From assembly GCA_034659695.1 (NCBI GenBank), contig JAYEHY010000026.1:1-53562 (forward strand): a DNA stretch of 53,562 nt, read 5' to 3'. The notes under the pieces are model-generated. The model was not told the DNA's origin. It made no database searches and saw only the letters and a program-made list of their open reading frames with translations. The translations under genes and the position numbers were made by a program. The DNA comes from Campylobacterota bacterium. Lineage in GTDB: Bacteria > Campylobacterota > Campylobacteria > Campylobacterales > Sulfurovaceae. Shown here piece by piece: positions 8,270 to 16,986 of this stretch (position 1 is the first letter of the stretch; the number at the start of each line of letters is the position of its first letter).

Positions 8270-8357
8270 TGGCCGGGAGAGGGGGATTCGAACCCCCGGA
8301 GGTATAACCCTCACCGGTTTTCAAGACCGGCACATTCGACCACTCTGACATCTCCCG
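8270..8357 (-). tRNA. tRNA-Ser(TGA)
   Basis: Acceptor CGGGAGA/TCTCCCG, anticodon arm CCGGT-CTTGAAA-ACCGG, long variable arm, GTTCGAATC, encoded CCA. Confidence 0.97.
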
Positions 8358-8416
8358 GTATTAGTAGGACGCTTTTTGAGTAAAGCTACAAAAAACTACG
8401 TTAAGCACTTAGCTAT

Positions 8417-8450
8417 CTTCAGTAGATGGCTCATACGACTAGTCGTATTT
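8417..8450. repeat. Dispersed double-hairpin palindromic element, copy A
   Basis: cttcagtagatggctcatacgactagtcgtattt is 27/34 identical to revcomp of 16469-16502; contains perfect 16-bp palindrome 8433-8448. Confidence 0.7.
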
Positions 8451-8506
8451 ATAATACTTATTGTTAAGACGAAATTCTATCTAAAAAAGATAAAACTAAG
8501 TTTATA

Positions 8507-8582
8507 TGGAGGAGCCAACCAGACTCGAACTGGTGAATAGCAGATTTGCAATCTACGGCCTTACCAACTTGGCGATGGCTCC
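8507..8582 (-). tRNA. tRNA-Cys(GCA)
   Basis: GGAGCCA acceptor, GTAGA-TTGCAAA-TCTGC anticodon arm, U discriminator + CCA. Confidence 0.96.
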
Positions 8583-8589
8583 ATAATGC

Positions 8590-8747
8590 ACCATCAAAAA
8601 ATCAAAGGTGGCTTGATTAGAGCGACTAGTAGCGAGAGCTTTCTGCTGACAAGCATTAAAATGCAGTGCATGTGAAGCACTAAATGCTGAATCGTAAGAA
8701 AACTTAGCGTTAGCGTAAATCAAGATGAACTTTGTTCATTTGATGGT
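8590..8747. repeat. Long imperfect hairpin (MITE/REP-like) in tRNA spacer
   Basis: Nested pairs ACCATCAAA/TTTGATGGT, CAAAG/CTTTG, CTTGATT/AATCAAG, TTTCT/AGAAA, AGCATT/AATGCT, AGTGC/GCACT. Confidence 0.65.
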
Positions 8748-8756
8748 CCATTTAAA

Positions 8757-8844
8757 TGGTGCCCGAGGCCGGACTTGAACCGGCACGGTCGCAATGACCG
8801 GGGGATTTTAAGTCCCCTGTGTCTACCAATTCCACCACTCGGGC
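8757..8844 (-). tRNA. tRNA-Leu(TAA)
   Basis: GCCCGAG acceptor, GGGGA-CTTAAAA-TCCCC, long variable arm, CCA. Confidence 0.97.
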
Positions 8845-8868
8845 ATATTGGCACCATTTATAAAACTA

Positions 8869-8943
8869 TGGAGCGGGCGAACGGGTTCGAACCGTCGACC
8901 CCAACCTTGGCAAGGTTATGCTCTACCGCTGAGCTACGCCCGC
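8869..8943 (-). tRNA. tRNA-Gly(GCC)
   Basis: GCGGGCG acceptor, AACC-TTGCCAA-GGTT anticodon arm, GTTCGAAC, CCA. Confidence 0.97.
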
Positions 8944-9045
8944 AAATCCATACCAAAATTAAATTAGTTTATTTAAAATTGGAGTGCGATTATAGCTAAA
9001 AAATATTTAAATGTAAAGGGTAAATGGCAATTTTGAATAAAAAAG

Positions 9046-9054
9046 TGCTATAAT
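9046..9054 (+). promoter_or_regulatory. Extended -10 promoter for ilvD
   Basis: TGCTATAAT 33 nt upstream of the ATG (Campylobacterota sigma70 consensus). Confidence 0.65.
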
Positions 9055-9087
9055 CTATAAAATATCTAAATATACAAAGGTTTATAC

Positions 9088-10776
9088 ATGAGAAGTGATG
9101 AAATAAAACAGGGTTTTAGTAGAGCCCCTCACAGAAGTTTGTTGCGTGCAACAGGTGTAAAAGATGAAGATTTTGAAAAACCATTTATTGGTGTAGCTAA
9201 TTCATTTATAGAGATAATTCCTGGACACTTTTTCTTAAATAAAGTTTCTGAAATTATAAAAGATGAAATCAGAGCCAATGGCTGTGTTCCATTTGAGTTT
9301 AATACTATCGGCGTAGATGATGGGATAGCAATGGGGCATGATGGTATGCTCTTCTCTCTTCCTAGTCGTGAGATTATTGCAAACTCTATAGAGACTGTTA
9401 TGAACGCTCACAAGCTTGATGCAATGATAGCGATACCAAACTGTGACAAAATCGTTCCTGGGATGATTATGGGTGCATTAAGAGTCAATGTACCTACTGT
9501 ATTCGTAAGTGGTGGACCTATGGAGAAAGGGTACAAAAAAGATGGTACGCCTATTGACCTTGCAACGGCATTTGAAGCTGTTGGACAACATGAGGCTGGT
9601 GATATAAGTGATGAAGAGCTTTTAGACATAGAGTGTAATGCTTGTCCAAGTGGTGGGTCATGCTCTGGTATGTTTACTGCAAACTCGATGAATACACTTA
9701 TGGAGGCTATGGGGATAGCTCTTTCAGGTAATGGAACGATTTTAGCCTTAACACCAGAGAGAACAGAGCTTTATAAAAAAGCTGCACGTCGTGTATGTGA
9801 AATAGCAAAGTCTGATGCCCCAAAGCGTGAAAAATATAGAATGAAAAACATTCTTAATGAAAATGCTGTAAGAAATGCATTTGCTGTAGATATGGCAATG
9901 GGTGGTTCTTCAAATACTGTTCTTCACATGCTAGCCATAGCTAAAGAGGCAGATGTGAACTTTAACCTTGAAGATATCAATGCCATCTCTAAAAGAGTAT
10001 CGCACATTGCAAAAATATCTCCATCATTGACTACTATACATATGGAAGACATTAACAAAGCTGGTGGTGTAAATGCGGTCATGCATGAGATGATGAAGCG
10101 TGGAGATGATATCTTACTTGATAATCTTAATGTAACGGGTGATACACTTTATGAAAAGGTAAAAGATACTGAAATTTTAGATACTGAAATTATTCATACC
10201 ATTGACAACCCTTACTCAGAAGTAGGTGGACTAGCTATACTTTATGGTAACTTAGCAGAGCAAGGTGCTGTTATAAAAACTGCAGGGATTACTGGAGATA
10301 GAGTCTTTACAGGAACTGCTGTCTGTTTTAACTCTCAGGATGAAGCTATCTCAGGTATTATCAATGGAAAAGTAAAAGCTGGTAATGTTGTTGTTATCCG
10401 TTATGAGGGTCCTCGTGGTGGTCCAGGTATGCAAGAGATGTTAAGTCCTACCAGTCTTATTATGGGTATGGGTCTTGGAGATGATGTTGCACTCATTACA
10501 GATGGTAGATTTTCTGGTGCTACTAGAGGAGCAAGCATTGGTCATGTAAGTCCTGAGGCGGCAGAAGGTGGACTTATAGGTTTACTTGAAGATGGTGATG
10601 AGATACATATTGATGTAGATGAGTATATCTTGCAGGCAAACTTAAGTGATGAACTCATAGCCAAAAGAAGAGAAAACTTTAAACCTTTAGTGAAGCCACT
10701 AAACAGTAGATGGTTAAAGCAGTACAGAGCATTGGTTACAAATGCTAGTAATGGAGCCATACTAGAAGCTGAATAA
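9088..10776 (+). CDS. ilvD: Dihydroxy-acid dehydratase
   Basis: [50 protein letters not shown]. Confidence 0.98.
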   Translation: MRSDEIKQGFSRAPHRSLLRATGVKDEDFEKPFIGVANSFIEIIPGHFFLNKVSEIIKDEIRANGCVPFEFNTIGVDDGIAMGHDGMLFSLPSREIIANSIETVMNAHKLDAMIAIPNCDKIVPGMIMGALRVNVPTVFVSGGPMEKGYKKDGTPIDLATAFEAVGQHEAGDISDEELLDIECNACPSGGSCSGMFTANSMNTLMEAMGIALSGNGTILALTPERTELYKKAARRVCEIAKSDAPKREKYRMKNILNENAVRNAFAVDMAMGGSSNTVLHMLAIAKEADVNFNLEDINAISKRVSHIAKISPSLTTIHMEDINKAGGVNAVMHEMMKRGDDILLDNLNVTGDTLYEKVKDTEILDTEIIHTIDNPYSEVGGLAILYGNLAEQGAVIKTAGITGDRVFTGTAVCFNSQDEAISGIINGKVKAGNVVVIRYEGPRGGPGMQEMLSPTSLIMGMGLGDDVALITDGRFSGATRGASIGHVSPEAAEGGLIGLLEDGDEIHIDVDEYILQANLSDELIAKRRENFKPLVKPLNSRWLKQYRALVTNASNGAILEAE

Positions 10777-10818
10777 TCTGCTTCTAGTACTTTTAAAATA
10801 TTAAGTTTTAAGAGAGAC

Positions 10819-10838
10819 TGAGGAGTGAAAACTCCTCA
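10819..10838. terminator. Hairpin between convergent ilvD and LysM genes
   Basis: TGAGGAGT-GAAA-ACTCCTCA; near-identical copy at 16030-16049. Confidence 0.6.
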
Positions 10839-10857
10839 TGAGATAAAAGAGGTTAAT

Positions 10858-12219
10858 TTATGAAGTTACGCGTCTTGCACCTTTGTATCTTTTACTATAA
10901 AATGATTTACCCAATTTCGTAATAACCACTTTCTTTTTAGCAGAACTTGCATGAATAAATCTATCATTTCCTAAATAGATACCTACATGATTTACATACC
11001 CTTTACGTCTTTTAGAAGTATCAAAGAAAATAAGATCACCTGGTCTCAAGTCACTTCTACTTACAAATTTACCATGTTTTGATTGTGCAATAGCTCTTCT
11101 TGGAATGTTGATTCCATTTTTCTTACATACATAAGAGGTAAGACCAGAACAATCAAATGTATTTTTTTGACCTATCGCACCCCAAACATATTTCCCTCCT
11201 AGCTTCTGTTTAGCCAATCGTGTAATTTTTTTTGATTGTGCTTTTTCACTTCTACTGAAGAAAATATCACCAAAAGAGAAACTCTTATTTTTTCTTGTTT
11301 CTCTCTTTGCTATTTTTGTTGATTTAACTCTTTTCAATGTTTTTGCAAGTTTTTGCTCTTTACGTTTTGATTTTTTAACATATCTCTTAGAGCGTTTACT
11401 CTTCTTTATCTTTTTAACTTTTTTAGCTATTTTTATCTTTTCTGACTTATAAGAATTTTTTTGAACGCTTAAAACTTCTCCTACTTTAAGTGTGTCATTA
11501 AGTTTAATACCATTTTTTTCTCTTACATCTTTAACTGAAGAGCCATGTTTACGTGCAATGGTAAAGAGCGTCTCTCCTCTTTTAATTGTGTGCTTTACAA
11601 TTTTAGAAGATTTTTTAGCTTTTTTTGCATCTATTGAAGAGTAAGAATTTTTAGTTACCTTTAAAACTCTACCTAGTTTAAGTGTTTCATTTAGCTTAAG
11701 ACCATTTTGCTCTCTTACATCTTTAACTGAAGAGCCATGTTTGCGTGCAATGGTGAAGAGTGTCTCTCCACTTTTTATAGTGTGCTTTACAATTTTAGGA
11801 GATTTTTTAACCAATTCATCTGTGCGAAAATAGGTATTTTGTGCGACAGTTAATACTCTACCTACTTTAAGCGTATCGTTTAATTTTAATCCGTTTGCTT
11901 CACGTACTTTTTCAACTGAAGTACTATGCTTACGTGCGATGGTAAAGAGTGTCTCTCCACTTTTTATAGTATGTTTTACCATCTTTTTATCTGGAAAGTA
12001 AGTATTTTGTGGTACAGTTAATACTCTACCTAATTTAAGAGTATCACCCTTTTTAATATTATTTATTTTTCTAACTTCTTCTATTGTTGTATGATTTTTA
12101 TGTGCAATTGTATAAAGTGTCTCTCCACTTTTAATTGTATGTTCTACTGTTTTTGCTACCGCATGACTTGATACAGCACCAAATGATAATGTAAATAATA
12201 GTGTATAAAATTTTCTCAA
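10858..12219 (-). CDS. LysM x4 - NlpC/P60 peptidoglycan endopeptidase
   Basis: Signal peptide, four HTIKxGETLxTIA LysM repeats, Lys-rich linker, FDCSGLT and HVGIYLG..FIHASS. Confidence 0.95.
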   Translation of the reverse strand: MRKFYTLLFTLSFGAVSSHAVAKTVEHTIKSGETLYTIAHKNHTTIEEVRKINNIKKGDTLKLGRVLTVPQNTYFPDKKMVKHTIKSGETLFTIARKHSTSVEKVREANGLKLNDTLKVGRVLTVAQNTYFRTDELVKKSPKIVKHTIKSGETLFTIARKHGSSVKDVREQNGLKLNETLKLGRVLKVTKNSYSSIDAKKAKKSSKIVKHTIKRGETLFTIARKHGSSVKDVREKNGIKLNDTLKVGEVLSVQKNSYKSEKIKIAKKVKKIKKSKRSKRYVKKSKRKEQKLAKTLKRVKSTKIAKRETRKNKSFSFGDIFFSRSEKAQSKKITRLAKQKLGGKYVWGAIGQKNTFDCSGLTSYVCKKNGINIPRRAIAQSKHGKFVSRSDLRPGDLIFFDTSKRRKGYVNHVGIYLGNDRFIHASSAKKKVVITKLGKSFYSKRYKGARRVTS

Positions 12220-12460
12220 TATATTCTCCTATAATAGTAATTTTTATTTTAATTATGTATAATTGTAACTGCTATTCGTTAATCAAAAATAAATATAATT
12301 TTAAACCTGACTTAATTCAAATTCAATCTTATATTATTCATAACTGAAACAAAATAGCATAACCAAAATGATACAAATTCAACCGTTTAAGTTGGCTTTT
12401 TTAATGCCTTCCTATATAAATAATAACAAAATAGGCTTTAAAATAAAATAAAAGAAATCT

Positions 12461-14140
12461 TTATTTATTCTTATCTAATTGCTCTACAATATACTCACCT
12501 ACCCTAAGAGCATTGGCATAAATAGTCCAACTGTAAGGGGTAGAACCCCCTGTTGGCATAAAACTAGCATCCGTAACAAATAGGTTACTAATATCATGTG
12601 TTTGACAATATTTATTGAGTACGGAAGTTTTAGGGTTATTTCCAAATCGACAACCCCCAGCTATTAAGTTTGAAGGAGGAAGTGTATTAATAGTACTGCT
12701 TATATTAATTGCACCCATTTCATTAAGTACATTTTCACATTTTTTTGCAATGAATCTTCCTACTTTAACATCTTGTGGGTGTGCTTCTATACGTAATTTT
12801 CCTACAGGCATACCATAGGTATCTACATGAGTTTCATCTAACGCTACAAAGCAGTTATCATTGGGTAGCCAGTCATTAAATATTTCAAAGCGTATTTTTT
12901 TACTCTCTTTAAATTGTGTAACAAGGTGTTCACCTAAGGCTTTTCCCCATATTAACTTCTCTCCTTGCCTACTATTTCTTACTGCACGTGAAATAATATT
13001 TTGGTGTTCAAACATAAACTCTACTAACCCACCTTTAAATTTGCCCTCCCACCAATGATCTATAAAATACCAATCTAAAATAGAACGATTTACAAAAAAC
13101 CCTTTTTGCATCACATCTTTAAAGCTAACCTGCTTTAATCTATTTTTATGCAACTCTCCATACCCATAACCACCTCCTGAAAATATTAAGTTTTTTCCTA
13201 ACTCTCCACTGCTGTTTGCTAAACCATTAGGGTAGTCACTATTGGATGAATTGAGTAAAAGTCTCGCACTCTCATGTGCTTGTGCCGCAATTACAAATAC
13301 TTTTGCAAAGAGATGTTGTTCCTGCTTTGTAATAGTATTGACTACAGAGACAGATGCTACAGTGTCTTTTCTATTACAGTGAAGTTTTTTTACATAAGTT
13401 TGACTCATAAGAGTAAGATTACCTGTAGATAATGCTGGCTTTAACAGTGCTTCCATTGCACTCCCTTTTGCACCTGAACTACAGCCATAACTTCCACAAA
13501 AATTAGAGTAATAACACCCTTTACGATGCTCCCTATCACTAGAGAGTATGGCTCTAGCTGTGACTAAAGACAAAAGACCTAAAGCGTGACAACTTTTGTC
13601 AAACAGTTTTACTACATCATTCTCTTTAGTTGGAGGTTGTGCAAAATAAGACCTGCTTCTAGGAGGTGAAAATTCATGTCTCTTTTCTACACCTGTAATA
13701 CCAATAATATCTTCTACTAAAGTATAGTATGGTTCTAGCTCGTCATAAGTAATCGCCCAGTCTTCAATATTGGCACCTTTTATCTTTCCATATTTGCTTT
13801 TGAGTCTAAAATCATCTGGATGCATACGATGGAACATCCCTGACATAAAGTTAGAGGAGCCTCCCACAATATTGCCATTCCAAAAACTCCAACCTGTCTC
13901 ATAAGTAGGTCTGCTAACCCACTCATCATTCAATCTCTCTTCTATCGTATGAAACTCATCAAAAGGGTTGGAGGTTACAATGTCTCTTCGCACATATGCT
14001 AATTCATCCTTAGAAAACTCTTCACGTCTGATGAGACTTCCTTTTTCTACAACTGCTACTTTGTACCCAGCTTTACAAAGGCTATATGCAACTGCACTTC
14101 CCCCTGCTCCTGAGCCAACAACTACAACATCATACTTCAT
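12461..14140 (-). CDS. GMC family oxidoreductase (gluconate 2-dehydrogenase-like flavoprotein)
   Basis: DVVVVGSGAGG FAD motif, VGGSS, CYYSNFCGSYGC, GGCRFG, NLFVTDASFMPT; likely start MKYDV at 14140. Confidence 0.9.
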   Translation of the reverse strand: MKYDVVVVGSGAGGSAVAYSLCKAGYKVAVVEKGSLIRREEFSKDELAYVRRDIVTSNPFDEFHTIEERLNDEWVSRPTYETGWSFWNGNIVGGSSNFMSGMFHRMHPDDFRLKSKYGKIKGANIEDWAITYDELEPYYTLVEDIIGITGVEKRHEFSPPRSRSYFAQPPTKENDVVKLFDKSCHALGLLSLVTARAILSSDREHRKGCYYSNFCGSYGCSSGAKGSAMEALLKPALSTGNLTLMSQTYVKKLHCNRKDTVASVSVVNTITKQEQHLFAKVFVIAAQAHESARLLLNSSNSDYPNGLANSSGELGKNLIFSGGGYGYGELHKNRLKQVSFKDVMQKGFFVNRSILDWYFIDHWWEGKFKGGLVEFMFEHQNIISRAVRNSRQGEKLIWGKALGEHLVTQFKESKKIRFEIFNDWLPNDNCFVALDETHVDTYGMPVGKLRIEAHPQDVKVGRFIAKKCENVLNEMGAINISSTINTLPPSNLIAGGCRFGNNPKTSVLNKYCQTHDISNLFVTDASFMPTGGSTPYSWTIYANALRVGEYIVEQLDKNK

Positions 14141-14639
14141 TGAAAATATACTTTCTTTTGGGTCTTGGCTCTCCACCATGTGTGCCTAATGCTACCCATG
14201 CTTCTTTTTTAATATTTGAACCATATATCGGATCTGAAAGTATGCCTTCAAGAGTAAGAACCATGATTTGAGAGAGCCAATTACTTCCTAAAGAGGTATC
14301 TTCATACGCTCTTAAGGCTTGCTCTTTTTTATCTTCTGATAAAGAGATAAACATACCTTTTTCACGTTCTTCTAACTCCTTCGCACCCTGCACAATAAAT
14401 AATCGTATATCTTTATCGTAACTATGATGCGTAATTGTTTCAAGTAAAAAGTCTATAGCCCTTGTAGATTTTGCAGAGGGTAACTTACTCCCCTCAGGAA
14501 AAAGATGTTCTTGTACAGATGCAATAGTTTTTTGAACACTATAGAGTGATGAAAATTTTATGGTATTATTATTTTTAGCAATTAGTATAGAGGAGAAACT
14601 AAAAATTGACCCAAGGACTAAAAAGACTCTTCTTTTCAT
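14130..14639 (-). CDS. Gluconate 2-dehydrogenase subunit 3 family (Tat-exported)
   Basis: Twin-Arg KRRVFL signal; EGILSDPIYGSN..W motif; overlaps GMC gene. Confidence 0.88.
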   Translation of the reverse strand: MKRRVFLVLGSIFSFSSILIAKNNNTIKFSSLYSVQKTIASVQEHLFPEGSKLPSAKSTRAIDFLLETITHHSYDKDIRLFIVQGAKELEEREKGMFISLSEDKKEQALRAYEDTSLGSNWLSQIMVLTLEGILSDPIYGSNIKKEAWVALGTHGGEPRPKRKYIFNEV

Positions 14640-14733
14640 ATATTACTACTTCTTTTAATTAAATATATATCTTATTTACTATATCGATATAAAATCATGT
14701 ATAATACCTTTAATTTTTCAAAAGGTATTACAT

Positions 14734-15207
14734 ATGAAACATATTCTATTGACGGTTATTTTACTATTCTCTCTTACCGCTTGTCAAGACAATAAAGAGG
14801 AACAAGCAAAACATGATGCTAAAGTAGCACAAGAAGCCAGAGAACAACTACTTCAAGAACTTAAACTTAAAGAGGAACAGCAAAAAGAAGAAGAGTCAAA
14901 AAATAATAAATTGGCTCACATGGGTATCTCAACCTATGACGGAAAGATTACTATAGATACAAATAAAACACAACATTTTTTCAAAGATATTGCTAACAAA
15001 TTAAAAGATAGAATGCATAAGATAAATGAAGACTTAAAAGATAATACCTTAGACCACAAAGAGGCAGGGATACAAATAGATAAAGGTCATGTTAGCATCG
15101 ATTTAAACAAGACAAAAAGTTTTCTTGACCATTGGGGTATAAAAATGAAAGTGTTTGCCCAAGAGTTTAATGATTTAGCAAAAGAGTTTGATAATAACAC
15201 CAAATAA
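14734..15207 (+). CDS. Putative lipoprotein
   Basis: Lipobox LTAC, coiled-coil, two GKITIDxNKT-like repeats. Confidence 0.75.
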   Translation: MKHILLTVILLFSLTACQDNKEEQAKHDAKVAQEAREQLLQELKLKEEQQKEEESKNNKLAHMGISTYDGKITIDTNKTQHFFKDIANKLKDRMHKINEDLKDNTLDHKEAGIQIDKGHVSIDLNKTKSFLDHWGIKMKVFAQEFNDLAKEFDNNTK

Positions 15208-15218
15208 AGGATATAAAT

Positions 15219-15956
15219 ATGCAACAAATAGATATGAATTCAGATGAATTTCAAGCAGAACTAGAGAAGACCACACAGTTTGTAGAGAAGGTAAATACAC
15301 AGTTTGGTTTTGTTCAAAACCCAAATGAAGAGGTAAATGAAGGTGTGACTATGGGTCTTGCCAGAAACAAACTGATTTATGGCAAACGATTCTGTCCTTG
15401 TTTTATGGTAATAGGAGAGACTAAAGAGGAGCAAAAAACTGCAGACAACCGTATCTGTCCTTGTAAGCCTGCTTTAGAAAAAGAGATTCCTGAAGAGGGG
15501 CTTTGTCATTGTGGTATTTTCTGTACTCCTGAGTATGCATCCCAACAAGCCATACATGATGAGATAGAAGAGATTGTACACGAACACTCAAAAGGTCTTA
15601 CCAAGGAACAAGCCCAAACACTTCTTAAAGAAGAGCAACTTGATGGTGATGAACTTGAAGCACTTTTAGAAGCAAGAAATCTTCAAATGATAAACTTTAC
15701 ACTTTTAGATGTTCGTGAATTCATGGAGTTTCAGATGGGTCATATCGTAGGCACAGATGCCCTTGTTCCTACTTCACAATTTTATGCAAAAATTGAAGAA
15801 CATAATGATAAAAAACAGACACCTGTCATCGTTTACTGCCACACAGGGAGTAGAAGTTTCCAAGTACAACACGCCATGAAATCTCTAGGCTTTGAACAAG
15901 TAGGTAACCTACGTCCAGGAATTGTCGGTTATCAAGGTGCTACACAAAGAGGATAG
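15219..15956 (+). CDS. Ferredoxin-thioredoxin reductase catalytic domain fused to rhodanese
   Basis: FCPC..ICPC..LCHCGIF FTR cysteine pattern; LLDVRE..GHI..YCHTGSRS rhodanese with active-site Cys. Confidence 0.88.
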   Translation: MQQIDMNSDEFQAELEKTTQFVEKVNTQFGFVQNPNEEVNEGVTMGLARNKLIYGKRFCPCFMVIGETKEEQKTADNRICPCKPALEKEIPEEGLCHCGIFCTPEYASQQAIHDEIEEIVHEHSKGLTKEQAQTLLKEEQLDGDELEALLEARNLQMINFTLLDVREFMEFQMGHIVGTDALVPTSQFYAKIEEHNDKKQTPVIVYCHTGSRSFQVQHAMKSLGFEQVGNLRPGIVGYQGATQRG

Positions 15957-15958
15957 AT

Positions 15959-16020
15959 ATAATTGGATTTGGCATAATTGGATTTAGCATAATTGGATTT
16001 AGCATAATTGGATTTAGTAT
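15959..16020. repeat. 15-bp tandem repeat, ~4 copies
   Basis: (ATAATTGGATTTAGC)x4 with two single-base variants. Confidence 0.95.
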
Positions 16021-16029
16021 AAAAGGGGA

Positions 16030-16049
16030 TGAGGAGTCAAAACTCCTCA
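16030..16049. terminator. Hairpin between convergent FTR-rhodanese gene and rplT
   Basis: TGAGGAGT-CAAA-ACTCCTCA. Confidence 0.6.
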
Positions 16050-16068
16050 AAAGATAGTCAACTAAGAC

Positions 16069-16425
16069 TTATTTAGCAAGTGCTGCTTTTGAAGCATCCG
16101 CTATTTTTGTAAAACTTTCAGGTGCATTCATCGCCATATCAGCAAGAATTTTTCTGTCAAGTTCGATATTTGCAAGTTTTAAACCATGCATAAATGTTGA
16201 GTAATTCATACCATTAAGTCTTGTAGCCGCATTAATACGAGTAATCCATAATCTTCTGAAATCTCTCTTCTTTTGTCTTCTATCTCTATAAGCATATACT
16301 AATGAACGCTCGAGTTGCTCTTTAGCTTTTCTGAAGTGTTTTCTTCTACCACTGTAGAACCCTCTAGCTTGTTTTAATAATCTTTTATGTCTTCTAGTTC
16401 TTACGACACCAGTTTTTACTCTCAT
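16069..16425 (-). CDS. rplT: 50S ribosomal protein L20
   Basis: [31 protein letters not shown]. Confidence 0.99.
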   Translation of the reverse strand: MRVKTGVVRTRRHKRLLKQARGFYSGRRKHFRKAKEQLERSLVYAYRDRRQKKRDFRRLWITRINAATRLNGMNYSTFMHGLKLANIELDRKILADMAMNAPESFTKIADASKAALAK

Positions 16426-16565
16426 GGTTATCCTTTACCTTATACTTGTACTATGCTAAAGCAATATCAAATGCAACTAGTTGCATGAGCCGACTGCTGA
16501 AGTCATGTTATAGTAGGTGTTAAGCATTTTCTCTGCTTAAACTTGCCCCTAATCGGGGGATTATA
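16426..16565 (-). promoter_or_regulatory. rplT promoter and structured leader (candidate L20 autoregulatory RNA)
   Basis: TATAAT at 16565-16560; hairpins CCCC-GATTA-GGGG and TTAAGCA/TGCTTAA; ACCT/AGGT stem next to SD AAGGA. Confidence 0.5.
16469..16502. repeat. Dispersed double-hairpin palindromic element, copy B
   Basis: Perfect palindrome ATGCAACTAGTTGCAT 16471-16486; homologous to 8417-8450 with compensatory changes. Confidence 0.7.
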
Positions 16566-16589
16566 GCTTTTAAAAAAATGTAACTAAAA

Positions 16590-16781
16590 TTAGTTGATCA
16601 TCTCTTTAATATTTTTTGCATCAACAGGGTCAACGTGCTTAGGACTTCTCATACTTCTGTGATGTTTACCATCAACTTTAGTAAGAATGTGACTTCTATA
16701 CGCAGTTCCTCTTTTGATTTTGCCGCTTTTTTTAACTTTAAAACGCTTAACAGCGCCTTTTACACTTTTCATTTTTGGCAT
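16590..16781 (-). CDS. rpmI: 50S ribosomal protein L35
   Basis: MPKMKSVKGAVKRFK..HILTK. Confidence 0.98.
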   Translation of the reverse strand: MPKMKSVKGAVKRFKVKKSGKIKRGTAYRSHILTKVDGKHHRSMRSPKHVDPVDAKNIKEMIN

Positions 16782-16986
16782 ATGCTTACTCCCTTAAAAT
16801 ATTTTTTCAATACATTAAATGTAATAGAAAATGGGACGATATTATACCTAAAGTTTCTAAAAATAGTATGAAAGCATGATTTTAAATATAACTGTTCCTC
16901 ATTGCGAAGCTCCATAGACTATAAATTCGTTGTGACTTACTAATCCTTTTTGTGGTAAAATTTAGGGACTAAAACAAAGGGTAGAT

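Noticed and set aside
8775-8999. 74-aa ORF
   Set aside because: Antisense to tRNA-Leu and tRNA-Gly
15959-16020. CRISPR array
   Set aside because: 15-bp units are directly tandem with no unique spacers and no cas genes
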